Shown piece by piece: positions 38,701 to 49,116 of a stretch of DNA of 64,000 nucleotides. The notes beneath the pieces were generated by a model. That model was not told where the DNA came from. It made no database searches and saw only the letters and a list, made by a program, of their open reading frames with translations. How positions within the stretch are numbered: position 1 is the stretch's first letter; every line of letters starts with the position of its first letter. The position numbers and the translations under genes were made by a program. This stretch comes from Candidatus Bathyarchaeota archaeon (GTDB lineage Archaea; Thermoproteota; Bathyarchaeia; TCS64). The DNA lies in the NCBI GenBank assembly GCA_963769425.1, contig CAVYLP010000003.1:256001-320000 (forward strand). The letters run 5' to 3'.

Positions 38701-39774
38701 CTACCTGAATAAATGGAACCTGCTCCCGAACAGGAGCCCAACGAGGAACAGGACCACAATGCCGGTCAGACTCTGGATGATGAAGCTCTGCCTGTCACTC
38801 TGCGCCTTGGCTTCAAGCTGGGTGATGTTCTCCTGCTGGAGCTGATTCAGCTTCAGGACCTGGTCGAAGTCCTGCAGCAGGACGTTGTACTGCCCATTGA
38901 GGTTGGAGTAGTCCTGCTTCAGCTTGACATAGCTGTCAGCCGCTATCCCGGTGGAGTTCAGGTTCGTGTAGAGGAGGGCGACGAGCTTGGGCTGGTCGAA
39001 CTGGTAGTAGTTGAGGATTAGCTGGAGGGCGTTGACGTAGTCTCCTCGCGTCATCGTCGCGTTGATGCTGCCCACGATGTTGTTGAAGTAGTCTTTGCCG
39101 ATCTGCACCTGGGCGCTGTTGATGTTCTTCAGCTGCCCTATCTCGCTCTTTATGTCGAGGAACTTCCCCGCGAGGTACTCACGCTTTACGAAGTCCTGAA
39201 CATAGTAGTCGTTTCTCTGGGTCTTAATCATGACGCCCACCTGCAGCTGACGTCCTCCGTTCGCCTCGCGGTACGTCTGTACGAAGAGGTTGACCCTGAA
39301 GTAGAGCACCATGTCCTCGTCGGGCCTAACCCCGAATACCTCGTACCCCTTCGTGAGGTTGTAGGTGAAGACGTTGCTGAGTGTGCCGTTTATGGGCGGT
39401 ATCCTGAGGGAGTAGTAGTTGTCTATCTCCGTGTTGTTGAGGGACGTGATGTAGCTGATGGACTGCCCGTTGTAGAATATCCTCCCCTGCTTGCGCAGCT
39501 CGAAGGTAGTCTCCAGCGTGAAGTTGCCCGAGTACTTGACGTCTGGGATCGAGGCGTTTACGACCTGCCCCTCGTGAACGTCCACCCCGAGGTTCTGCAC
39601 TATAACCTGAAAAATACATCGGTCCCCCGAGGTAAGCTGGCTCAAGAATGGCTCGGGGGTGGTGATGACCGTGATCTTCGCCGGACTTGTAGGCGTATCG
39701 CTATGCACCAGCGTAGGGGTCATAGATAGCAGAACTATTAACAGTGTCAGGATGGCGAGCCTTTTTTGGGGCAT
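38701..39774 (-). CDS. Secreted, C-terminally anchored hypothetical protein with a coiled coil
   Basis: Signal peptide, Q/L heptads, C-terminal TM segment. Confidence 0.7.
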   Translation of the reverse strand: MPQKRLAILTLLIVLLSMTPTLVHSDTPTSPAKITVITTPEPFLSQLTSGDRCIFQVIVQNLGVDVHEGQVVNASIPDVKYSGNFTLETTFELRKQGRIFYNGQSISYITSLNNTEIDNYYSLRIPPINGTLSNVFTYNLTKGYEVFGVRPDEDMVLYFRVNLFVQTYREANGGRQLQVGVMIKTQRNDYYVQDFVKREYLAGKFLDIKSEIGQLKNINSAQVQIGKDYFNNIVGSINATMTRGDYVNALQLILNYYQFDQPKLVALLYTNLNSTGIAADSYVKLKQDYSNLNGQYNVLLQDFDQVLKLNQLQQENITQLEAKAQSDRQSFIIQSLTGIVVLFLVGLLFGSRFHLFR

Positions 39775-39821
39775 ACCAATATTCAGCGGATAGTGACTCT
39801 CTTAAAGGCTTGGTGGGGACC

Positions 39822-39850
39822 GTTCGTCGATTGTCGAAGTATTTTTCGAC
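39822..39850 (+). promoter_or_regulatory. Putative operator upstream of etfB
   Basis: GTTCGTcgatTGTCGAagtattttTCGAC. Confidence 0.5.
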
Positions 39851-39903
39851 GTTCAACTGATAAGGATAAATGGGCGAAGAGCGTGGGGGGAGGCTGATTC
39901 AGG

Positions 39904-40692
39904 GTGACGAGGATAGCTGTCCTGGTCAAGGACATACCGGACCTAAACGAGGTGAAGATCGACGCGGCGACCCGCCGCCCACAGGTGGAGGGGGCGAAGA
40001 GGAGGCTAAACGACCTCGACAAGAGGGCGTTGGAGGCCGCCATAAGGCTCAAGGAGGCGGGCGGGGCCGAAGTGGTGACAGTCTCCGTAGGGGACGACAA
40101 GACCAGAACTTGTATCCTGGAGGCCCTCGCCATGGGCGCGGACGCCGCCTACCTAGTCTCCGACCCCACGCTGAGGGGCCTGGACGCGAACGCGACGAGC
40201 CGCGTGCTAGCGGCGGCCCTCACAAAGGCGGGTGCATTCGACGTGATCATCGCCGGCGAACTCGCCCTTGACGGAATGGGCTCACAGGTCGGGCCTCGCG
40301 TCGCGGAACTGCTGAACATTCCACAGGTCACCTACGCGAAGGAACTGAGGCTCGAGGCTGGAAAGTTCAGGGCGACCCGTGACCTCGAGGATATCGACGA
40401 GGTAGTGGAGGTGGAGCCCCCCTTCCTCGCCACCGTCGTCAGGGAGGTCAACGAGCCCCGCATCCCCAGCCTCATGAACATCATGAAGGCGAAGAAGAAG
40501 CCGCTGACGGAGTGGAACGCGGAGGCCCTCGGCGTCAAGACGGAGGACCTCAAGGCTTCGTCGAGGGTCGAGGTCAGTGACGTACAGGCCCCAGAGGTGA
40601 AGAGGAAACGCGTTGTGATCAAAGCGGAGAACGTTGAGGACGCTGTCGCGAAGCTCGTATCGGCCCTCACAGGGGACGGTGTCCTGGGGTGA
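39904..40692 (+). CDS. etfB: Electron transfer flavoprotein beta subunit
   Basis: ALEAAIRLKE, ALAMGAD, SQVGPRVAELL, NEPRIPS. Confidence 0.93.
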   Translation: MTRIAVLVKDIPDLNEVKIDAATRRPQVEGAKRRLNDLDKRALEAAIRLKEAGGAEVVTVSVGDDKTRTCILEALAMGADAAYLVSDPTLRGLDANATSRVLAAALTKAGAFDVIIAGELALDGMGSQVGPRVAELLNIPQVTYAKELRLEAGKFRATRDLEDIDEVVEVEPPFLATVVREVNEPRIPSLMNIMKAKKKPLTEWNAEALGVKTEDLKASSRVEVSDVQAPEVKRKRVVIKAENVEDAVAKLVSALTGDGVLG

Positions 40693-41612
40693 TAACCATG
40701 AAGATGCTCGTCTACTCCGAGAACACCGAGCTATCCCTGCAGCTCCTCGGCAAGGCCCTCCAGCTATCGGTGGGAGGTGTCTCAGCGATGGCTGTTGGAT
40801 CGACTCAGGCCGAGGCTTTGGCCCAGTACGGGGTGAAGGTCTACGTCGTTAAGGATGGGGAGACGGACGTTGTGAAGGCGGCCCTACTGAAGGTGATAGC
40901 AAACGAGTCCCCCGACCTCGTCTTGGTCGGCTCGACGAAGAGGGGTAGGGAGCTCGCCCCAAGGGTCGCCGCGGCGCTGAACTCCGGATACTCCGGAGAC
41001 TGCTACGACATCCAGCCAACCGATGGCGGGTTCACGACGAAGCGGCTGACCTACGGTGGTGCAGTGGTCGCCACGGGCACCATCAGGGGTAAGCCAGCGA
41101 TCGTCGGAGTCCCAGCGAGGAGCTTTCAGAAGCCCGAGGCGCAGGGGACGCGTGGCGAGATAGTCGAGCTCGACGTCCCCGTGCCAGCGACCCGCATCAA
41201 GGTCGTCGAGACTAGGCAGAAGAGGACCAGCGACGCTGGGCTCGAGAACGCCAAGATCATAGTCTCCGCCGGCAGGGGCTTCAAGAAGAGGGAAGACCTC
41301 AGGCTCCTTGAGGACCTCGCCGCTGTGCTCGACGCAAAGATGGGGTGCAGCAGGCCCGTCTCCGCCGACCTTGGCTGGATGGACCAGTGGGTGGGGATAA
41401 GCGGGAAGAAGGTGGCGCCGCGCCTCTACGTTGCCTGTGGCATCTCGGGCACGATCCAGCACGCCGCTGGGATAAGGGACAGCCAAACCATCGTCAGCAT
41501 AAACATAGACGAGTCCGCGGGCATCCACGAGCTCAGTGACTACAGCATCGTGGGAGACATCTACACGGTCCTCCCGGCGCTGACGCGTGCCCTCCGGGAG
41601 AGGGCGGGGTAA
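40689..41612 (+). CDS. etfA: Electron transfer flavoprotein alpha subunit
   Basis: VSAGRG, GCSRP, GISGTIQH. Confidence 0.93.
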   Translation: MITMKMLVYSENTELSLQLLGKALQLSVGGVSAMAVGSTQAEALAQYGVKVYVVKDGETDVVKAALLKVIANESPDLVLVGSTKRGRELAPRVAAALNSGYSGDCYDIQPTDGGFTTKRLTYGGAVVATGTIRGKPAIVGVPARSFQKPEAQGTRGEIVELDVPVPATRIKVVETRQKRTSDAGLENAKIIVSAGRGFKKREDLRLLEDLAAVLDAKMGCSRPVSADLGWMDQWVGISGKKVAPRLYVACGISGTIQHAAGIRDSQTIVSINIDESAGIHELSDYSIVGDIYTVLPALTRALRERAG

Positions 41613-41647
41613 CTACCCTTTTCCCACCCGGCAACCATTCTCTACTC

Positions 41648-42427
41648 GTGCCACTCGACGAATCCGTCCATGCCTCGATTCGTGAAGCCGCCAGAATAAT
41701 CGCAAACTCCGATTATGTCACCGCCCTCACTGGAGCGGGGGTCTCCGTTGAGAGCGGCATACGCCCCTTCCGGGGCCCGGGCGGGCTCTGGACCGAGCGG
41801 GGGGAGCCGCCGATGGACGGCTACAGAAGGTTCGAGGAGGACCCGAAGCGGTACTGGGAGGAGATGCTTAGCCCCGCCAGGGAGAGCAGGTTCGGGGACA
41901 GCATCAGGGATGCCAAGCCGAACGCGGGCCACTACGCACTCGCCGAGATAGAGTCGATGGGCATACTAAGATCGCTAGTCACCCAGAACATCGACAACCT
42001 CCACACCGAGGCGGGGAGCAGGAATGTTCTCGAGATACACGGGAACAGGCTGAAGCTGAGGTGCGTCAGGTGCGGTGAGAGGTTCCCGAGGGGGGGATTC
42101 GACCTCTCCACTCTGCCTCCCCGCTGCCCGACCTGTGGGGGGATAGTCAAGGACGACGTCGTCATGTTCGGGGAGCCCATCCCGAGGGACGTCTCAGACG
42201 CGTGCCACACCGAGGCTGGTAAGAGTGACTGCATGATCGTCGCGGGGACCTCCGCGGTGGTCTACCCCGCCGCGAGCCTGCCACTCATAGTCAAGGAGAG
42301 GGGCGGCTCGATAATCGAGGTAAACCCGCTTGAGAGTGAGTTGAGTAGAATCAGCGACGTGATCATCAGGGCCCCGTCGGGTGAAGCCCTGCCCGCATTG
42401 GTTGAAGCCCTGAAAAGGTTAGGCTAG
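41648..42427 (+). CDS. cobB: NAD-dependent protein deacylase (sirtuin)
   Basis: TGAGVSVESGI, TQNIDNLH, HG, CxxC..CxxC, GTS. Confidence 0.93.
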   Translation: MPLDESVHASIREAARIIANSDYVTALTGAGVSVESGIRPFRGPGGLWTERGEPPMDGYRRFEEDPKRYWEEMLSPARESRFGDSIRDAKPNAGHYALAEIESMGILRSLVTQNIDNLHTEAGSRNVLEIHGNRLKLRCVRCGERFPRGGFDLSTLPPRCPTCGGIVKDDVVMFGEPIPRDVSDACHTEAGKSDCMIVAGTSAVVYPAASLPLIVKERGGSIIEVNPLESELSRISDVIIRAPSGEALPALVEALKRLG

Positions 42428-43201
42428 CTTCTTCCGGGTCCAGTCGGCGACCTCCTTCCCCGTCGCGAACCAGACATCCCCCTTTTCCTCCATGTCGGTG
42501 AGGAGCTTCTCGAGCATGTCGAGGCGGCTTATCCTGCCTGTGGCCTGCGGGTGGCAGGTGAGGCCGAAGTAGCGACCGAGGCGGTAGATGCCCTCGAACT
42601 CGGGCTTCCACTCCTTGTACGCCTCCTCGGGGCTGCGCCTGTAGGTGTCGTACTGGGGCCAGTCATCGAGCATCCACTCGACGGGCAGCTCCACGAGGCC
42701 CGTTGGCTTGCCCCGCCACTCGAGCATGTAGGGCATGTCGTTGTCCATGAAGTCGCTGTCGTAGCTGAAGCCGAACTGCTTGATCCTCTCGATGGTGCGG
42801 TCGCTGATGAGCCAGTAGGGGGCGCGGAAGCCCTCTGGCTTCACGCCGAGCTTCTTGAGGGCTGCCAGGCTCCTCTCGAAGACGCCCTCCTCGATCTCCC
42901 AGCTGAGCTCGCCGAGGCGCTCATGGGTGTAACCATGGGCGCCGATCTCGTGGCCGTGCTTTATGATGTCCTTCACCGAGTCTGGGTACCTGTCCGCGGT
43001 CCAGCCGGGAACGAAGAAGGTCGCCTTGAGCTCGTGGCGGTCGAGCATCTCGAGGATGCGTGGGATCGCAACGTTCGGAGCGAAGCGTCCCCTGCTCTGG
43101 TTGACTATATCGAGGGGGGTGCGCCAGATGGTGGCGCTGTCCGAGTCGTAGTCGAAGCTGAGGTTCACACAGCACTTGTATCCCTTTGGCCAGAATCCCA
43201 T
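42419..43201 (-). CDS. Polysaccharide deacetylase family (PuuE/PgdA-like)
   Basis: SFDYD, TFFVPG, HGYTH, GFRAP, HP. Confidence 0.88.
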   Translation of the reverse strand: MGFWPKGYKCCVNLSFDYDSDSATIWRTPLDIVNQSRGRFAPNVAIPRILEMLDRHELKATFFVPGWTADRYPDSVKDIIKHGHEIGAHGYTHERLGELSWEIEEGVFERSLAALKKLGVKPEGFRAPYWLISDRTIERIKQFGFSYDSDFMDNDMPYMLEWRGKPTGLVELPVEWMLDDWPQYDTYRRSPEEAYKEWKPEFEGIYRLGRYFGLTCHPQATGRISRLDMLEKLLTDMEEKGDVWFATGKEVADWTRKKLA

Positions 43202-44974
43202 TCAGTTCACCGCTGAAGAAGGGGTTCGGATACGGTATAAGAGATGCGCTCCGCAGAAAAAACGTTGTACGCTCTGGAAAGGATGTGAATTTGTTACTGC
43301 TTGACCAGGCTCGGGCAAATCGGGGGAGAAGCGGAGGATCAGTCCGCCGAGGAGCCTCATTATCGCCGAGACTACGAGCACGTAGACTCCGAGCTGAATA
43401 CCCCACTCCATGTAGACTGAGCCTACACCTGTGATGCTCATCGAGGTCGTCCCCTGTATCGGGCTCGCGGCTATCTGGTTTGTCAACTGTATCACCTCGG
43501 GTGGGAGCTGCTGGGCCCCTCCCACGAACTGGGAGACGAACGCGGGCAGATTGCCTAGGAATAGTATCATGACGCCGTATATGATTGCGACGAAAACGAA
43601 GAAGAGGAGGCCGCTGACTACGTACTTCGAGCCCAGCTTCTTCACCTTCTTGACCCCAATCAGGTCAAGGATTGTGAGCACGACGCTGGCGGCAATTAGT
43701 ATGCCGAACGGGATACTAGCAGTGCCCAGAGGCTGGAAACCGTTGCTGGATAGCAGGTTAACGGCTATACCGTTTAGCCCATCGAGCTTGATAAGGTCGA
43801 CCGTGCCTCCCGTCGTCATCACTGAGGTCTGTATGTTGGCCCTGACAAGGTAGTATGGTAGGAACACAGCCCCGACTCCTACGAGGACGCCCAAGAACCC
43901 GATTATAACGCCTATGGCTGCGCGGCTCTTCATGACTGCTCCGAGCCTGAGCCCGCCCTGCCTGCTTAGGCGGGCTATGCCGATGAGCTTCCAGAGTGCC
44001 TGTACTCCGCTAATCCCGAGGAATATCCAGAGGAGGTTGGCCATCACTAGGTCGAGGTATAGCTGGTTCTGGTCGATCTGGGGCAGTGAGAAGGTCCACT
44101 GCGTTGCCTGAGCCCACCTGACTGCATTGTCCCCCTGTGCAGGGCCGAATGGGCCCGCGTTCCCGAGGGTGGCGTCCGAAATCTTAGCCCAGTCACCCCA
44201 GCGGCCCCCGAAGTCGAGCCACCCCTGGTCGGCTGGGTGGTTACCGGGCTCGCCGAGCGTGACTATGCTGTAGTCTGTGGACGCGATGGAAAAACCGTCC
44301 CCGCCGACATCATCATTTGCCACGCCGAGCTTGCCCTGATATGGGCGGTAGTAGTTGGCGTGGCTGCCCCTAGCGACATAGACGACAGGGTGGGTGACAT
44401 CTACCTTCTCAACGTCCGTCCACGCCGCGCGTTGCCCGGCGTCGTGCTGCGAGTAGGCCGTGTACATCGGGGAGCTGCCTGAGAGGACTATTGTGATGCC
44501 CTCCCAGTCCCCCTCGTGCTGGTTCATCGGGGCGTCGTTGTAAGCGTAGAAGAACCAGTACTGGAGCACCGTGTAGCCGCTCATCTGTACCTCGCGGGCG
44601 TAGACGGTGTACCCCAGACTACTCCTCACCTGCTGGTAGTTGGTGAGTATCTCGCTGAAGCCGCCGAGCTTGTTATCGAGGAAGTAAGCATTGGTCGTGT
44701 AGCCCGCGAGCATCGCGGACGTCGGGTTCGCATTTACGAGCGTTGGCCCATTCTGCTCCATAACCTTGAGTACGCCGTTTGTGATCGCGTAACTGGAATC
44801 GATGGGGTAGAAGTTCTCCCCCTTATTGAACCTGAGGACGGGTGCGAACTGGTTAACCAGACTGGAGCCTTGGGATGGCGCTTGGTACGCCGCGCTCGTG
44901 AAGATGGGTGAAAGGAGCATAAGTAGCGTCAGTGAGAGTGCGACGAGGGCGGGTTTCGATCGGATTCCACTCAT
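43202..44974 (-). CDS. Secreted Vps62/NPP1-like domain fused to a multi-TM C-terminus; true stop possibly near 43295
   Basis: FAPVLRF..E.FYP, LQYWFFYAYN, HEGDWE, SQH, HPVVYVARGSHANY. Confidence 0.7.
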   Translation of the reverse strand: MSGIRSKPALVALSLTLLMLLSPIFTSAAYQAPSQGSSLVNQFAPVLRFNKGENFYPIDSSYAITNGVLKVMEQNGPTLVNANPTSAMLAGYTTNAYFLDNKLGGFSEILTNYQQVRSSLGYTVYAREVQMSGYTVLQYWFFYAYNDAPMNQHEGDWEGITIVLSGSSPMYTAYSQHDAGQRAAWTDVEKVDVTHPVVYVARGSHANYYRPYQGKLGVANDDVGGDGFSIASTDYSIVTLGEPGNHPADQGWLDFGGRWGDWAKISDATLGNAGPFGPAQGDNAVRWAQATQWTFSLPQIDQNQLYLDLVMANLLWIFLGISGVQALWKLIGIARLSRQGGLRLGAVMKSRAAIGVIIGFLGVLVGVGAVFLPYYLVRANIQTSVMTTGGTVDLIKLDGLNGIAVNLLSSNGFQPLGTASIPFGILIAASVVLTILDLIGVKKVKKLGSKYVVSGLLFFVFVAIIYGVMILFLGNLPAFVSQFVGGAQQLPPEVIQLTNQIAASPIQGTTSMSITGVGSVYMEWGIQLGVYVLVVSAIMRLLGGLILRFSPDLPEPGQAVTNSHPFQSVQRFFCGAHLLYRIRTPSSAVN

Positions 44975-45036
44975 GGCTTAGGTGGGATGGGCTGCGGATA
45001 AGAGAATTTCCATGAAATCGGAGAACGAAAAAGGAG

Positions 45037-45746
45037 CTAAGCGACTACTACACGCGCGCCGTAGATCGCTGCGACCCTTTCGGCGACCTGCTTGATGGTC
45101 ATGGTCTCGCCCTTCATCAGGATGATGCCTGTGCCCTCCTCCAGGTAGCCGAGGAGGTTACGGGCGCATTGGCCCACCTCGACGAGAGTCACGGGCGTGT
45201 CCTCCGGGGGGCGTATCCGGACGACGCCGGTCTCCCTCGCAGCTTTGTTGAACCGTCGGGAAGAGGCGGCTATCGTTCGGGTCCTTCCCCTCCAGGTCGT
45301 AGATGTTTGGGAGCCTGATGGTCACCGCGTCGGGTAGAGCTTCGACGAGCTTCTCCGCCTCCTTCTTCGCCGAGGCGTAGGGGGACTGGAGCTGGCCGCA
45401 GCAGCTGCACCTGAAGCTGTCCGCAGCGAGTTGCGTGCTCGTGAAGATAAGGCGCTTCCCGTGTCTCCTGCACGAGTCAGCGACGTTCGCGGTACCCCTG
45501 ACTATGTGGTCCCAGTACTTCCACGGGTTCTGGATGCTCTCCCCTACTATGCAGGGGGAGGCGAGGTGATAAACCACGTCGGAGGTGGCGACTGCGGCGT
45601 CGATCCGCTGCGGCGTCCCTTATGTCGTCCCGGAGGTCGTGTCGCGATGTCGAAGCTAAGTGGCGGCGTGCCCTGCTGATCTCAACGACCTTAACAAGCT
45701 CTGAGCCGATGTAGCCGCTCCCACCTGTAACTAGGACTTTCATCAA
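45037..45746 (-). pseudogene. NAD-dependent epimerase-family gene with several frameshifts (probably sequencing errors)
   Basis: TGGSGYIG in one frame, YHLA..YASAK..RLPNIY in another, C-terminus in a further frame. Confidence 0.7.
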
Positions 45747-45758
45747 GCAACCATCCAG

Positions 45759-46095
45759 CTAAGATACGGTCGAGCCGTTGGGGACTTCACGCTCGGTCGT
45801 GAGCAGGGCGAGTTTCCCGTCCTTCTCGGCGGTGAGTAGCATGCCGTTGCTCTCGTTGCCGAATATCTTCGCGGGCTTCAGGTTGCAGATGACGCAGATT
45901 ACCTTGCCCTTGATCTCGTCCGCCTTGTAGTACTCGACCGAGCCCGTGATTATCTGACGCGATGTGGTCCCCCATGTCGACCTGCAGCTTGTAGAGCTTG
46001 TCGCTGCCCGTGATCTGCTCTATCTCCTTGACGGTGCCGGTGCGGATGTCGAGGCGCTTGAACTCGCGTATGCTGACGATCTCTGACTCGGACAT
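45759..46095 (-). CDS. tRNA-binding OB-fold protein (Trbp111/CsaA/MetRS C-terminal type), frameshift near 45960
   Basis: EFKRLDIRTG..DKLYKLQVD, then shifted QIITG..NLKPAKIFGNESNGMLL. Confidence 0.85.
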
Positions 46096-46120
46096 GGCTC
46101 AGGATTCGCGTTTTCTCGTA

Positions 46121-46650
46121 TTAAGCCTTGACTGGGATGACGTAGAGGTAGACGTTGGCGTCGGGGTGCTTCTTCGTCGGCTCCCAGCCCTCGAAGGTGA
46201 AGCTGAAGGAGACGACGCGGGAACCCGGTTGTCAGCTCGGCCTCGAACTTCTCCCTGAGCCTATTGTTTATGGACTCACCCTGGTAGACGGTAACGACGG
46301 ATCGCCTCGGCGACGCTGTTCTTGAAGAAGTCGCCCCAGATGAAGCGTATCCGGTCGTGTACTGGGCTCCTCCGCGCCCTGAGTCTTGACCAAAGGACCC
46401 TTAAAGCGTCCGCCTCGACGCCGACTCCACGTGCGCCGCGCTCCGCGGCACCGATTACTATCCTGCCGTCCCCCGAGCCTAGGTCATAGAGCACATCCCC
46501 CTCTCCCACTTCAGCGATGGAGAGCATCTTCTCGACGACGTCTAGCGGCGTCGGAAGGAAGATGGCGCCTATGAAGATGGGCCAGACGAGCCAGAGGAGG
46601 AAGCCGAGGACGAGGAAGTAAGCGACTGGGAGTAGAATAGTGAAGTCCAC
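46121..46650 (-). CDS. Membrane-anchored class I SAM methyltransferase, frameshifted near the 3' end
   Basis: GAIFLPTP, YDLGSGDGRIV; C-terminus VYLYVIP in a shifted frame. Confidence 0.8.
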
Positions 46651-46670
46651 GCATCCAAGCTGGACCCGAG

Positions 46671-47846
46671 CTAGTTAACTGTTCCCGAGAGGTAGCGGTC
46701 GGCGATCATGGCGTACATTCTGCTGACGGGTGGGAGCCACTCGAGCTTCACGTACTCGTTCGCCCCGTGCGCCTCCCCACGCTGGGGTCCTATATGGACG
46801 CAGGGTATCCCTTCCTCCCCCTGGAAGATGTTCGCGTTCGTTATCCCGTAAGCGTACTCGTAGAGAGGCGGGTGCCCCATCACATCCCTGTAGACGCTGT
46901 CGAGCGTCTTCATGATCAGCTCATCCCTGTTGCATGTGTAGGGCTCGTACCTCGGGGGCTTGACGCCTATCTCGACCTCAGACTTGAGGTGCAGGGAGTC
47001 TACGAGGCGCCTCATATCGCCGATGGCATACTGGATAGTCTCCCCTGGGACGAGTAGGCGGTTAACTTCGAATCGCGCCGACGCTGGTACGACCACGGAG
47101 TAGATATGGTACCCTCCCTCGAACTTCAGTGTACAGTAGGTTCCCTTGCCGAACTCGGGGTGGGGCTTGAGCTGTAGCTTGTCGAGGTTTGCGACAATCT
47201 TGGCGGCGTCCTCGACGGCGTTGACGCCAAGTTGGGGGCGGAAGCCGTGTGCGGCCTTCCCCTTCACCCTGATATCGTATAGGATCTTACCCGTGAGGCC
47301 GAGAGGTATCGGCTTCGTCTCATCCCCGCAGTAACTGTAGGCGAGGACGATGGCGTCTAGGCTCCTCCACCTCTCATCTCTCATCATCGCCCAAGCGCCG
47401 ACGTCGGTCGCCTCCTGGTCGACGACGAGGCTGAAGCTGAGCTCCCCGGGGAACTCGTTGCCGCTGTCTGCGATGGTGCGGAATGCGTCGAGGGTGCAGG
47501 CGATGCCGCTCTTCATGTCGCAGGCGCCGCGCCCGTAGATCTTCTTGTCCTTGATCACCGCCTTGAAAGGGTCAGTGCTCCAACCCTCCCCAGCGGGAAC
47601 AGTGTCGCTGTGCGCGTTATAGTTGAGCCTCTTCCCAGGTCTGACCCCCTTGAGCGTGGCGTAGAGGTTAGGCCTCTTCGTCTCGACATACTGAAGCTCG
47701 GTGTCGAAGCCGTAGGATTCGAGCTTCTCCTTCAAGTAGAGGCTCAGGGCTTCCTCCTCCCCAGTGACACTGGGGATGCCTATCATCTCCTCGGTGAGCC
47801 TGACGGCGTAGGAGGGGTCGAGTCGCCTGAGAACGTCCTCGAACAT
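46671..47846 (-). CDS. M20/ArgE/DapE-family metallopeptidase paralog 3 (degenerate active site)
   Basis: HSDTV, GRGACDMK, GKAAH; DQE in place of DEE and LAYS in place of the (A/G)EP motif. Confidence 0.88.
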   Translation of the reverse strand: MFEDVLRRLDPSYAVRLTEEMIGIPSVTGEEEALSLYLKEKLESYGFDTELQYVETKRPNLYATLKGVRPGKRLNYNAHSDTVPAGEGWSTDPFKAVIKDKKIYGRGACDMKSGIACTLDAFRTIADSGNEFPGELSFSLVVDQEATDVGAWAMMRDERWRSLDAIVLAYSYCGDETKPIPLGLTGKILYDIRVKGKAAHGFRPQLGVNAVEDAAKIVANLDKLQLKPHPEFGKGTYCTLKFEGGYHIYSVVVPASARFEVNRLLVPGETIQYAIGDMRRLVDSLHLKSEVEIGVKPPRYEPYTCNRDELIMKTLDSVYRDVMGHPPLYEYAYGITNANIFQGEEGIPCVHIGPQRGEAHGANEYVKLEWLPPVSRMYAMIADRYLSGTVN

Positions 47847-47887
47847 TCGAGGAGAAAGGGGGGAGACTGGGAAGATAAATTAGGCGT

Positions 47888-49050
47888 CTAGGCGAGGAAC
47901 TTCGCTACTATGATGGCGTAAGCCTTGCTCACCTTTGGTAGCCAATCGAGCTCGACATACTCGTTCCTCTGGTGTGTGCCGCCCGGCTTGGGGCCGAGGT
48001 GTATGCAGGGTATGCCGCCCTCCCCAGTGATGGTGTTCGCGTCTGTGATGCTCTTATGGTACCCGTATTCGGGAGTCGAGCCGAAGGCCTCCCTGTAGGC
48101 TTCATCGAAGACCTTGACGATGGGTTCAGTCTTCTTCATCTCGTAGCTGGCGTAGAGCGGCGGCTTCGTTTTGACCTCGACCGTGCTTCTGAGCTTGAGG
48201 CTCTTCACGAGGCGCTCCATATCTTTGACCGCGTATTCGACGGTCTCCCCTGGAACGAGCAGGCGGTTGACCTCTATTCGGCATGTCGCCGGGACGACGA
48301 CGCTGTAGACGGTGTAACCGCCCTCGATCTTAAGGGTGCTGTAGTTGCCCTTCCCGAAGTGGGGGTTCTCCTTGAACTTGAGGCCGGGGAGGTTGGCGAG
48401 GATGATCCCCGCCTCCTCGACTGCGTTCACACCCTCCTCGGGGCTGAAGCCGTGCGCCGCCTTGCCGTGGACGTAGATGTCATAGAGGACCTTCCCAGTG
48501 ATGCCGAGGGGGGTGCCGCGGCCCGGCTCAGCCGTCGTTGGCTCCCCGAGGACCACCGCGTCCACCTTGCCGTACTCGGTCTTCAGCATCGCCTTGGCCC
48601 CCTCGCCGAAGGCCTCCTCGTCTATGACCCCGGCGAAGCTGAGCTCCCCGCTGAATGGGTGGCCGGACTCGGCGAAGGCACGTAGCATGTTGAGTGTGCA
48701 GGCTATGCCCCCCTTCATATCGTTCGAGCCGAGGCCGTATAGCCTGTCCGCCCTTCTTAACGGCCTTGAAGGGATCGGTGTCCCAACCGACGACGACTGG
48801 GACGGTGTCCATGTGACCGCAGAAGTTGAGGCGCTTGCCCTTCGTCTTGCCCTTGAGCTTCGCGTAGACGTTCGGGCGCCCCGGCTCGACCTCGTTCAAG
48901 CTCCGTCTTGTATCCGAGCTTCGTGAGTTCGTCCTGCAGGTAGTGGGCGAGCTCCTTCTCGTCCTTGACGACTGAGGGGATGGCGACCATCTCCTCCAGC
49001 TTCTTGACGGCGTAGGCGTCGTCGAGCCTCTTCAGTAGATCCTCGTACAT
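47888..49050 (-). CDS. M20/ArgE/DapE-family paralog 2, two frameshifts (near 48895 and 48750)
   Basis: GHMDTVP, DMKGG, IDEE, GEP, GKAAH, TH..NE distributed over three ORF fragments. Confidence 0.85.
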
Positions 49051-49116
49051 AGGTGTCGCTGCATGGATCACCGCCTTCGGTTAAATGGTTTGCCCAGAGA
49101 AGCGGTGGAAAAGTGG

